Source: a virus
Length of the DNA: 64,000 bases
Virus record (IMG/VR): IMGVR_UViG_3300033144_005525
Coordinates: 95,402-159,401 of that record
Strand: one strand, 5' to 3'
Shown here: positions 18,597-27,219 of the stretch, piece after piece
Position numbering within the stretch: the first letter of the stretch is position 1
Layout: each line of letters begins with the position of its first letter
Translations under genes and position numbers: made by a program
Notes under the pieces: generated by a model
Seen by the model: the letters and a program-made list of their open reading frames with translations, nothing else
What the model was told of the DNA's origin: nothing
Databases searched by the model: none

Positions 18597-20054
18597 TTAG
18601 TAGGCCCCACCGCCGCCCATGCCGCCCGGCATATCACCCATGGAGTTCTTCTCGGCCGCAGCCTTCAGCTTGCACACCTTGCAGGTGCCCTCGCCTCCGC
18701 ACTCACAGCCTTCCATGGCTACTTTGCCCGTCTGAGCGAACTGGTTGACAGTCTCTTGGGTGATGCGACCTTCAGCAGCTGCCTGCTTGATAATCGCGCT
18801 TGCACTTGCCTCTGCGATCTTCACCCCGGCCTGGCCGGCATTACGCAGTTGCTCTCGCAGTTTGGAATCCGTCGAAGGATTGAATGCCGGCTCGGTCAGG
18901 ACTTCCTTCATCTGCTTGCCCTGAGGCTTCTTGGCATCTGCCTTCGTGTAGTCGATGGCTGCCTGGTTGCCCTGCACGTGAGTGCGTTGTGGGTTCCCGT
19001 AGCCGGAGCCATCGGTAGCATTGCTGGGCACCTGCTCGGCCTGGTGGGCGTCCATCACACCATCACCGACCAGAGGGCCGCCGCCCTTGTCACCGCTGAT
19101 CTTCGCCTTCATGACGTCTTCACCGGCGAGCTTGCGTAGGATCTTGTCCCTGGCGATTTCGGCGGCTGTCTTTTCTTTGGAGCCTTCGCCTCCGGCAGTC
19201 TTGTTCTTCTTACCGCCACCCATGATGGCACTTGCACCTGCTGCACCACCTGCGACGCCGGCAGCGGGAACTCCGTAGCCGATGGCACGTGCAGTGTTGG
19301 GATTCATCCTGGTTGCAGCACCCTTTCCAGCTCGGGTGACTCCCTCGGTGACCTTGCGGCCCAATCCCTGGGCAGCGTCATCGACGAACCGAGCGGCGTT
19401 ACCGAGCATTCCTGCAGTCTTGGCACAGGCACACTTCTCGCCGGCCATCTTGCAGTTCCCGCACATGGCTTCCTTCTGAAGAACCTGGCTACCAGCCCTC
19501 TTCAGGAGATCGACCATGGCGGTCTTGCCGCCGGCATGGAACGGCCCGGCCGGTGGGTAGGTGGCTGTGGGAACTGATCCGGAGCCCTGCCCAGGAGCCG
19601 AATCCATGTCGTTCTTCATCTGGGTAGCTCCACCGGGGAGACCGGCGGTGCCTTCGGGAGTGGACGCCTGCGAAGCGGAGGCATCCTCACCCTTCGGGGA
19701 GTCCTTCTTGTACTTCTGGGTGCCCGGCATCGACGCCTGGACAGAGAGCTGCTCCGGAGTCGTGACTGCCGGGGGCATGTCCACACCAGCCATCTTGGCC
19801 ATGGCGTCACCGAGTACTCCACGGTTCGGGGTCTCGATACCGTCGATGTTGCCGGCGATGAAATCGCAAGCAGAAGCCAGCTTCTCGACGAAGGCAGGAT
19901 CGGTCCAGGACTGCTCCTCTTCCTGATCACCTTCATCGGTCTCTGGAGTCTCCGGCTTCTCGGGGAGATCTTGTTGACTGGCCAGCTTCTCGGTTGCCCG
20001 ATTCACTACGCCGGCGATCATCTCCTGAAGGGGAAGGTTGCTGATGGACGACAT
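18597..20054 (-). CDS. Scaffold or internal head protein with more than 12 K-x-A motifs
   Basis: 485 aa, low complexity, with two small Cys clusters. Confidence 0.7.
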   Translation of the reverse strand: MSSISNLPLQEMIAGVVNRATEKLASQQDLPEKPETPETDEGDQEEEQSWTDPAFVEKLASACDFIAGNIDGIETPNRGVLGDAMAKMAGVDMPPAVTTPEQLSVQASMPGTQKYKKDSPKGEDASASQASTPEGTAGLPGGATQMKNDMDSAPGQGSGSVPTATYPPAGPFHAGGKTAMVDLLKRAGSQVLQKEAMCGNCKMAGEKCACAKTAGMLGNAARFVDDAAQGLGRKVTEGVTRAGKGAATRMNPNTARAIGYGVPAAGVAGGAAGASAIMGGGKKNKTAGGEGSKEKTAAEIARDKILRKLAGEDVMKAKISGDKGGGPLVGDGVMDAHQAEQVPSNATDGSGYGNPQRTHVQGNQAAIDYTKADAKKPQGKQMKEVLTEPAFNPSTDSKLREQLRNAGQAGVKIAEASASAIIKQAAAEGRITQETVNQFAQTGKVAMEGCECGGEGTCKVCKLKAAAEKNSMGDMPGGMGGGGAY

Positions 20055-20063
20055 TGATTCTCC

Positions 20064-20330
20064 TTAGCTCTTCACAACGGGTGGAGCCGACACTGGCTGC
20101 TGGCCGGCCATCGGGCTCGGCGTCGGGACAGAGTGGACCTTTGCGTAGGCAGACGGAGTCTTCGAGAGGACTCCACCCTTCTTCGGCTGTTTCGGACGAA
20201 TCATTCCCAGGCCTGTCGGAGGTGGAGGCGCCATGGTCTGCACCTGCCCGGCCATCGGAGTAGGCATGTTGGCTGTCTTGATCATAGACAGCTCATTTGA
20301 GAATGCTCGTATCTGGTTCACGTTGAACAT
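20064..20330 (-). CDS. Small Pro-rich protein with an FSNELSMIKTA leader
   Basis: Shares the leader motif and fits the operon spacing. Confidence 0.65.
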   Translation of the reverse strand: MFNVNQIRAFSNELSMIKTANMPTPMAGQVQTMAPPPPTGLGMIRPKQPKKGGVLSKTPSAYAKVHSVPTPSPMAGQQPVSAPPVVKS

Positions 20331-20339
20331 TTCCGCTAG

Positions 20340-21101
20340 TTAACGTCGTCTACTACTGACCCTCGAGTACATGTCTCGAGCACCGTGGACATAGGCCCGT
20401 CCAAGCTGCTTACGCTCTTTTTTGCGGTGGCCTTTTACAGCACCCTTACCGGCTGTGAGGGCACCAGCACCGGCTGCTGCACGAACTCCAAGGGACCTCA
20501 GAGCTTCAGATCTGGTGGCCTTGTCCTTGATACCGGCAACTCCAAGGTTACCTGGTCGAGGTCCCGCACCTTCGAAGGTCACAGTCTTCTTACCGGGAAC
20601 GTGCTCAGTCACCTTGGATGTTGTGGGCTTCTTGCCAAAGAACTTAGCCAAGGTGCCTGGTTGTTTGGTGACAGTCGTTGTCTTGGGGACCAGCGTCGAG
20701 GTGGTCTGTTTGAGGTTTCCCTTGGCCCCACCCATGAATAGCTGGCCGACACGACGAGCTGCATCACCAGCAGTGCTGGCAATCTTCTGGAATTCATCGC
20801 TGAAGCCGCCTAGCTTGGCCATTTCATAGGAAGTGGGCATGTCAGATAGCTCCATTGCTTTTTTCTCTTTGGCGATCATCTTCGCCCCGATTTTCTTCGG
20901 GTCGGCACCACGTACCCAGGACTTCGTTCCGGTACTGTGCTTGGCTTTGGCGACTCTTTTTCCAAGAGTGGTCCCATACTTCTTGGGACTCTTGCCCATC
21001 GCATGTGACTGCTGAGTGGCGATCGCCCACGACGTGCTCTCTCCCATGTCCGGATTCTTTGCCCGGATGTGAGCTGCTCGGTCGTGTATCCACTTGGGCA
21101 T
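20340..21101 (-). CDS. Highly basic two-module internal head protein
   Basis: Lys/Arg/Thr-rich; an internal FSDEFQKIA motif separates the two modules. Confidence 0.7.
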   Translation of the reverse strand: MPKWIHDRAAHIRAKNPDMGESTSWAIATQQSHAMGKSPKKYGTTLGKRVAKAKHSTGTKSWVRGADPKKIGAKMIAKEKKAMELSDMPTSYEMAKLGGFSDEFQKIASTAGDAARRVGQLFMGGAKGNLKQTTSTLVPKTTTVTKQPGTLAKFFGKKPTTSKVTEHVPGKKTVTFEGAGPRPGNLGVAGIKDKATRSEALRSLGVRAAAGAGALTAGKGAVKGHRKKERKQLGRAYVHGARDMYSRVSSRRR

Positions 21102-21136
21102 TCATCTTGCTTGTTTACAGTCGTTTACAACTCGGT

Positions 21137-21165
21137 AGGTGGGGGCCCCGAAGAGCCCCCACCAT
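21137..21165 (-). other. Stable intergenic cUUCGg hairpin
   Basis: ggtgggggctc-ttcg-gggccccccacc with no clear U-tract. Confidence 0.45.
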
Positions 21166-21176
21166 TCCGGGGCGCT

Positions 21177-21794
21177 CTACTTGATGTAGCCGTTCTCGTG
21201 TAGGAACTGGATCGCCATTTCCTGTGCACGGGATTCCGCCAACTTCTCGACGTACTGGGCTGCGTTCTGGGGGATCTCACCACCGGCAGCGGGATCGGCC
21301 TGAGCAGCCTGCTGCTCTTCCGGCGGAACGACGGTACCGCCGAGGGCGGCGATCGCCTGGGTGAGGGGACCCTGTGCCGTCTTCTCGGCTGGCGGGCACT
21401 CACATTTCGCCTTGTCGCACTTGTCGCACTTCTTCTCTTCGGCTGCTGCCGGAGGGAACGGTGGCGGTCCACCCTCAGAAGCGATCTTCGACAGCTCCTG
21501 GGTGTAGGAGTGAGCCATGACCCTACCGAGGAAGTCGGCCTCGGCGAATTTCGCCTGAGCTTCTTCTTCGCCTGCGGGAACCTGTGCTTCAGGAGCGGCC
21601 GTGCCAGGCTGAGCTTCGTTGTCAGAGACAACCTGCTGAGCGAGTGAGTCGAGCTGCTCTTCGTTGAGACCAGAGAGGTCGATCCCCTCCGACTCGGCGA
21701 GCTTCTCGAGCATCATGGCCTGGGCGGTCTTCTCGAGGTCATTTTCGGAACCAGCAGCGTTGGTGCCATAGACGTTTGCGAGCCATTCATCCAT
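21177..21794 (-). CDS. Acidic scaffold-like head protein with K-x-A motifs
   Basis: EKTA (twice), EKLA (twice), AKFA and YTQELSKIA motifs; AAGGAG RBS. Confidence 0.75.
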   Translation of the reverse strand: MDEWLANVYGTNAAGSENDLEKTAQAMMLEKLAESEGIDLSGLNEEQLDSLAQQVVSDNEAQPGTAAPEAQVPAGEEEAQAKFAEADFLGRVMAHSYTQELSKIASEGGPPPFPPAAAEEKKCDKCDKAKCECPPAEKTAQGPLTQAIAALGGTVVPPEEQQAAQADPAAGGEIPQNAAQYVEKLAESRAQEMAIQFLHENGYIK

Positions 21795-21852
21795 CGTTTT
21801 TCTCCTTGGAGTAGAGCGCTACCGGAACCATCTTCGAGATGGGATTCCACCT

Positions 21853-23976
21853 CTAAGCAGCCGCTAGTACGCCCGATTGGGCCAGAGCCTCCGAATGGAA
21901 GTCCCTGTCTTCGTAGTGAGCCCCAACCAGGTATGCCAACGACTCGGGGCCCAAGACGTTGACACTAGCAGACTTCGTGATCCCGCCGGCGAAGGCCTGC
22001 ACCATGCTCTCACCCGCCGTAGCGAGCATGAGCTGGGGATCAGAAGCCATGGAACGTTCTACAACGCTGGCCTTCTTTACGAGAGAGCGTCGATAGCCAT
22101 TGTACAGCTCCGCCACCTTCTCCAAGAACTTGTCCCCACGAATCGGAGTGGGGGAACTCATACGAACATTCAACTGAGACACCAACGAAGCCCTCTTCTC
22201 CAGAGCGGGGGCTGCGATGGAACGACCGGGAGCAAACTGCATCAACGACGATTTCAATTCTGGATCCACCGAGGCTTCGTTGATTTCGATGGAGTCGTCA
22301 ATCTCTGTGGAGGGAGCAAAGACCTGATTACGGCCCTCGAGATCCTCTGCTAGAGCTTCCTCGCCGATCTTGGTGAGCACCATGTGCTGGAACTCTTGGG
22401 GCTTGAGAACGATCCCCAACATAGCTGCTGTCGAAGTGGAGACGTCGAACGCATGTTTCGACATCTGCTTGAGGACATTCTTTGGAAGAGTCCCCTCTGC
22501 TCTTTCCAACTTGGGCAACATAGCTTTCCGGAACGGTCCGGCTGGTATACTTTTTATAATCTCGCCAGCCTTCGAGTGGGAAGCGCTTTTTTCTCCGGGG
22601 GTTACCAAGAACGCCTCGGCCAGTTCGTCAAAGCTGCCACAGGAGTTGTCTGAGGCCTTCTTCGAGTGACCCTGCAGATACGAGGAGAAGGCCTGTGGAG
22701 TCATCTCCGTGGCTCCGCCAAACAGCTTGGCAGGGATATGTTTCAGGTACATAAGGGTCGCCGCCTTCTTCGACGAGAAACCCAGCATGACCTTGTCTTC
22801 GTCGTGCGTTCCGTCCTTCTTCAGCTGTCGGACGACGTAAACATCGGATCCTGCCTGCGGCTCTACGGCCAGGTAGATATCTACGGTCTCCCCGTCTTTG
22901 CCCAGGGTCTTGGGGATGTAACCGTAAGCGGCCTTCATCTCCCTCGACCACTTCTTGCCTTTGTCGTCCGTACCGGAACGTGTGTCGCCGGCGTCGACCT
23001 CGATCTTCAGAGTATGCCCATCGAAGGTGGTTTGGCGTTTAACTGCCTTACCAGCGGTCTTTTCGTAGATGGGGAAGCTCTCTGTGGCCACCTTCTGCAT
23101 GGCCCACTGATCCGCTAGATCCTGAGCTCTGAGCTCGGTGGGAGCAGAGAAGGCCTCCCCCACTTCTGCACTGGAGCGGGAAATTGAACAGAACTCCCCA
23201 AGACACTGCTGATTCTCCACACTGGCCAGCTTGGCAAGCATTTTGGCCGACTTGTCGGCGCCGATGAAGACGAAGCTGATGTCGAAGAACCTGGGGGTAT
23301 CGTTGCGGACAGCTACCTTGCGACCGTCCGGCAAGATCTTGTTCATCAGGAGCTTGGCGTCGTCGCAGTAGTCCTTGCGGGTCTTCGACTTGTGCCCACA
23401 TATCGTACATATGTCGTGGGGGACTTTGCAGCCCATCGACACATCCGGGAACTCCCCGTTGTCGATCCGGTTGATGACGTCTTCTGCCAGCCACTTCTTG
23501 CACAGAGCTCGGTCCAGATAGACCACAAGCTCGACGCGGTGCATCATGGGGTTCCACACCGCAATCTTCACCTCGCCGAAGGCCCTGCTCGGGTCCTTGT
23601 TGACGTGGTGCTTGTACGGGTAGGCGTTCATGAAGGAGGGAAAACCGTACTTCCAGGTTTTTCCCACCTTCTTCATCTCCTCCGGGGACATCTCATTCCA
23701 GTTGGGAGGAGAGTGAATCAGAGCGGCCTCAGGGAACAGGTCTCCGTTGACGTTGGATCCCCAGTACTCCCCGGCCCCCAAAGCGCTCACCAGGATGTAG
23801 ACGCCCTTGTCGGTAGGCTTCAGATCCTTGATGTAGCGTCGTACAGCTGGGTGCAGCTTTGAAGGCTTGGATGCAGCTGTCTTCTCAAGACCGTCCAAGA
23901 AGTCATGGCCCCAAAGGGGTTGGCAGAAGACATTCCCTTCGTCGTCCTGCCCTCTGAATTGGATCTGCTTGATCAC
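21853..23976 (-). CDS. Prohead maturation protease with an inserted inorganic-pyrophosphatase-like domain
   Basis: YKHHVNKD, DVSMGC...CTICGH and FFDISFVFIGAD resemble HK97/assemblin-type protease motifs; YGYIPKTLGKDGETVDIY...DEDKVMLG is PPase-like. Confidence 0.75.
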   Translation of the reverse strand: MIKQIQFRGQDDEGNVFCQPLWGHDFLDGLEKTAASKPSKLHPAVRRYIKDLKPTDKGVYILVSALGAGEYWGSNVNGDLFPEAALIHSPPNWNEMSPEEMKKVGKTWKYGFPSFMNAYPYKHHVNKDPSRAFGEVKIAVWNPMMHRVELVVYLDRALCKKWLAEDVINRIDNGEFPDVSMGCKVPHDICTICGHKSKTRKDYCDDAKLLMNKILPDGRKVAVRNDTPRFFDISFVFIGADKSAKMLAKLASVENQQCLGEFCSISRSSAEVGEAFSAPTELRAQDLADQWAMQKVATESFPIYEKTAGKAVKRQTTFDGHTLKIEVDAGDTRSGTDDKGKKWSREMKAAYGYIPKTLGKDGETVDIYLAVEPQAGSDVYVVRQLKKDGTHDEDKVMLGFSSKKAATLMYLKHIPAKLFGGATEMTPQAFSSYLQGHSKKASDNSCGSFDELAEAFLVTPGEKSASHSKAGEIIKSIPAGPFRKAMLPKLERAEGTLPKNVLKQMSKHAFDVSTSTAAMLGIVLKPQEFQHMVLTKIGEEALAEDLEGRNQVFAPSTEIDDSIEINEASVDPELKSSLMQFAPGRSIAAPALEKRASLVSQLNVRMSSPTPIRGDKFLEKVAELYNGYRRSLVKKASVVERSMASDPQLMLATAGESMVQAFAGGITKSASVNVLGPESLAYLVGAHYEDRDFHSEALAQSGVLAAA

Positions 23977-23984
23977 AGAGAGTG

Positions 23985-24683
23985 CTACTTCTTCACGCCT
24001 TCATTTTGCCAGTTACGCTCCGCTATGTTGGCCTCGGCCCTGAGCTTCCTATTCTGATGACCTCCGATTTCGAACTGCTGTGTCTGCTGAGCTTGGTCTG
24101 CAGCAGAAGGAGTCTGCTGCCAGGGCATACCACCTAGGGGTCTCGCGCCTCTGGCATCTTTGATGGCCTTCCTAGAAGACACCAAACCCTGCACCGATCC
24201 CAAATCTCCCTCTGGGAACTGGGACTGAGATCGAACGTAGGAACCTGCGACATTTGGATCAGAGGAGAACTCTGGATTGAAGCGATGCAGAGTGTTGAAG
24301 TGGGACTGTATGGCGACTGGATCCTCTTTCTTGAGGTCCGGATTTGCTTCCATCATCGCCTTGTAGTTGCGACTCTTGGTGATTCCTCGATGGGCCGCAT
24401 CGGCCAAATCACCAGCAAGACTGGCAGCTACACCAAGACCTGTGATGGTCGCTCCATACAGAGCTGCATCTCCAGCCTTGCTGCCCATGAATTTACCGAA
24501 ACCACTCTTGATGGCTCCCCCCACGGACGACATAGAGATGGCAGTCTTGATGATGTGGTCGAGCTCTCCAACGATCTGATCCCGGAACGGGCTCGATCTG
24601 ATCTCGGCCGCCGTCTTGAGTAGGAAGTCGTACTTGACCGGTTCGACCTCAGCAACCTTCTGCATCAATTCATGAGTATTCAT
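23985..24683 (-). CDS. Head-region protein with a K-x-A leader and a hydrophobic segment
   Basis: QKVA, LKTA and IKTA near the N-terminus; start overlaps the upstream stop codon. Confidence 0.7.
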   Translation of the reverse strand: MNTHELMQKVAEVEPVKYDFLLKTAAEIRSSPFRDQIVGELDHIIKTAISMSSVGGAIKSGFGKFMGSKAGDAALYGATITGLGVAASLAGDLADAAHRGITKSRNYKAMMEANPDLKKEDPVAIQSHFNTLHRFNPEFSSDPNVAGSYVRSQSQFPEGDLGSVQGLVSSRKAIKDARGARPLGGMPWQQTPSAADQAQQTQQFEIGGHQNRKLRAEANIAERNWQNEGVKK

Positions 24684-24943
24684 CAGAACTTATGCCCTCG
24701 TAGCTTCAGTTCCTGGATCCGTGGATCGAACCCTCGGCTGTATTCTCTGGACTTACCCAGAGCACTACCAGCCACACCCACAGTGCCCAAAGCTCCGGCT
24801 CCAAACATCATGGGGCCCAATACCGGACCACCCAATCTCTTGGACCCGCGGAACATGGCCCCAACAACACTCGAGCTCTTCTCGAGCTCAGCTACTTGAG
24901 CTCTTAGCGTCGACTGATGCTCTGTAAGCTGCCGGAAGTTCAT
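24683..24943 (-). CDS. Small Gly-rich hydrophobic protein
   Basis: Start and stop overlap the neighbouring genes on both sides; one Gly-rich TM-like segment. Confidence 0.65.
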   Translation of the reverse strand: MNFRQLTEHQSTLRAQVAELEKSSSVVGAMFRGSKRLGGPVLGPMMFGAGALGTVGVAGSALGKSREYSRGFDPRIQELKLRGHKF

Positions 24944-25962
24944 CGGAGAGACTGCAAGAATCCTTGTGTCTGCTCTCGACTCTTCTGGACCTCATCGAGA
25001 GCCAGAGCTGATTTATCCCGCTCATTTGCAGCCTTGACGATGCCAGAGAACGTTCGGAAGAGGGGATGGTCGGTGTTGACGACTCTGTTCATGGAGGCCG
25101 TCTTGCTCATCTCGCTCGAGCGTACGGCCCCCTCTTTCACCAGACGCTCAGCGACAGGCTTGAGGATCTGGAAGGCGAATCTGTGACTTGGGGCTGCCAG
25201 CTTCACGACCTGAGTGACTCCTGAAAGCCCAGAGCCTTCGGGGTTCAGACACTCGCTCTTGGCCGCCTGATAGAACTCTTCCTCGGCCTGCTTGAGAATC
25301 AGATCGAAGCACTCATGGGCTTCTTTCAGCTTCTCCTCGGTGGCTCGGAGACGCACATCTGCGTCATGTACATCGTGGATCGGGTCGGCGTGTAGCTCAT
25401 GATCCACCACTACCGGCGCCGCGGCCGCAGTCTTGGAAATTGGCTCACCTGTTCCCTCGACGCCAGATGTGTTGTCCTGGCGGCTGAATTCGGTGAAAGC
25501 AGACGAAAGGTCCTGGAAACCTTGGTCTGAGGACGGACTGGACTCGTACCCAGGGGGCTTCCTGTAGTTGCTGCCATCCCCAACCGCTGGGTGCCCAGAG
25601 GTCTTGCCCTGGGATGGTCCGTTGTTGAGGGTCTTCCCATCGTGATTCGGGGATCCTCCATCCTTGAGGTCTCGGATGATGACCCCAGGATCTGCCACAT
25701 CGAAGTGGACGTTCTTGTCCGCGCTGTCGGAATGCATCTTCTGGAATACGGCATTGTTGGCGAACTCGGAAATCCGCTTCACATGCTCGTTCTGTATTCC
25801 TGGGTACTCCGAAGCCAACTTCACGATCGATTCATTGAGAGACGTTTCGTCCTTCAAGAACCGCTGGGCCGCTTGTTTACCCAGTGTCTCCAGCAGCTCG
25901 GGACTCACTCCCTGGTTGCTAGATCCCCCCGTGAGCAATTGCTGCAGGATGTCTGTCGCCAT
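24940..25962 (-). CDS. Head-region protein with K-x-A motifs (first gene of the head operon)
   Basis: 340 aa; GGAGG RBS; GKQA, VKLA (twice), SKTA (twice), LKEA and LKQA. Confidence 0.75.
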   Translation of the reverse strand: MATDILQQLLTGGSSNQGVSPELLETLGKQAAQRFLKDETSLNESIVKLASEYPGIQNEHVKRISEFANNAVFQKMHSDSADKNVHFDVADPGVIIRDLKDGGSPNHDGKTLNNGPSQGKTSGHPAVGDGSNYRKPPGYESSPSSDQGFQDLSSAFTEFSRQDNTSGVEGTGEPISKTAAAAPVVVDHELHADPIHDVHDADVRLRATEEKLKEAHECFDLILKQAEEEFYQAAKSECLNPEGSGLSGVTQVVKLAAPSHRFAFQILKPVAERLVKEGAVRSSEMSKTASMNRVVNTDHPLFRTFSGIVKAANERDKSALALDEVQKSREQTQGFLQSLR

Positions 25963-25998
25963 TCGCTAAGGCCTCCGTGTATCTTGGATAGTAGGTAA

Positions 25999-26691
25999 GT
26001 GGGACAGGTCATGGGAAGTACTTTCCAATACGTAACCCTGGAAAAGGCAATGGAGGCCCTCCATGTCTCCAAGAGAACTGTCTACAGACACGTCAAGCGT
26101 GGACTTCTACGTACAGCAAAACAAGGACAGGCGCTACTTGTCAGCCGTGAGGACGTCCAAACCCTCGTAGAGCTGAACAAGCAAAATCCGAACGCACGAC
26201 CTATCCACAAGAAGACGGTGTACCAGCTCGAGGCCCGTATTCATCAACTCGAGACAGAGATGAGAGTGGTGAAGAGGATGCTAGATCTCCACCACGAACC
26301 TCTGGATCTGAGCATAGACGAGCTCTTGTCTCTGTACAGGATGGCTCTCCACCACCTGAAAGAAGATTGGGCTCCCCAAAGCGAAGTTATGTGGGCGGAC
26401 ACCTTTATCCGCCTCAGGCTCGAGGACATCGAGAAGCTAGCATCTGCAGTAGAAGACGATGATCCATGGAGACCATTCCACCAGCTAGCTCGCTGCATGG
26501 TTTCTGAGCCCCACGATATCGACAAGAAGCTGCAGTTCGCTGCAGGTAAAAACAACGTAGAGAAGATCGCCTACATCTGGGTAAAGCGATTCAGCAAGAA
26601 CGCTAAAGAGCTACAACGAACCATCAAAGGAGATGAGAAAGAAGTCCGGAAGATGGTCCGTAAAGTTAGATTTCGCCGTTCGAAAAAATAG
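25999..26691 (+). CDS. Excisionase/MerR-type HTH DNA-binding regulator
   Basis: TLEKAMEALHVSKRTVYRHVKRGLL winged-HTH followed by a coiled coil; divergent from the head operon. Confidence 0.75.
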   Translation: MGQVMGSTFQYVTLEKAMEALHVSKRTVYRHVKRGLLRTAKQGQALLVSREDVQTLVELNKQNPNARPIHKKTVYQLEARIHQLETEMRVVKRMLDLHHEPLDLSIDELLSLYRMALHHLKEDWAPQSEVMWADTFIRLRLEDIEKLASAVEDDDPWRPFHQLARCMVSEPHDIDKKLQFAAGKNNVEKIAYIWVKRFSKNAKELQRTIKGDEKEVRKMVRKVRFRRSKK

Positions 26692-26700
26692 TCCGTTCTA

Positions 26701-26721
26701 CAGGGATAAGGACTGTGATGG
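26701..26721 (+). promoter_or_regulatory. Candidate phage promoter motif GGGATAAG
   Basis: cagggataaggactgtgatgg; similar copies at 45389, 54745 and 49596 (minus strand). Confidence 0.45.
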
Positions 26722-26784
26722 AGTAGGTGCTCTTGCCTGTTCCCTAGACCCAGTCCCCTTGAAAGAAGGAACTACTTTAAGACC

Positions 26785-27162
26785 ATGATGCGAAAAATGA
26801 TGAGTCCAGACCAGCAGCAAGGACAAGGAAACGGGACCAACGCCCCTGTCATCCCCGTCCAGGTGGAGCAGGCCTTCAACAAACGATCCATCACGGACGG
26901 GCCCCTCTCCCAGGATCAGATGTCTCGGATCCATGATACGTACGCTGGAGCTGCAGCGGCCGTTGAGGATAACAACGGCAGGCAGGCAACCCTGACTGCC
27001 GAGTACATCCTGGCCGCCTACAAGGAGAACAGCCGCGTTCCTTGGTGGAAGCGTGCTCTGCAGGTCCTCGGTGTCGCCGGTATCTTCGGAGTCGGGTTCG
27101 TGACCCACAAGGCTCTCTCGTCCCCGAAGACGACGGAAACCAACTCGGTCCCCACGGAGTAA
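26785..27162 (+). CDS. Hypothetical protein with a C-terminal TM anchor
   Basis: 125 aa with a hydrophobic ALQVLGVAGIFGVGFV segment; followed by a hairpin. Confidence 0.7.
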   Translation: MMRKMMSPDQQQGQGNGTNAPVIPVQVEQAFNKRSITDGPLSQDQMSRIHDTYAGAAAAVEDNNGRQATLTAEYILAAYKENSRVPWWKRALQVLGVAGIFGVGFVTHKALSSPKTTETNSVPTE

Positions 27163-27185
27163 CACAGCAACAACGGCTACAAGAA

Positions 27186-27219
27186 GTGGGAGGGGCGTAA
27201 AGCACGCTCCCCCTACTTT
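27186..27219 (+). terminator. Probable intrinsic terminator
   Basis: gggaggggcgt-aaagc-acgctccccct then actttt, between convergent genes. Confidence 0.55.

Noticed and set aside
21125-21631. Alternative-frame 168-aa ORF as a second frameshift product
   Set aside because: The Arg/Ser/Pro-rich composition is typical of off-frame reading, and I found no phased slippery heptamer.
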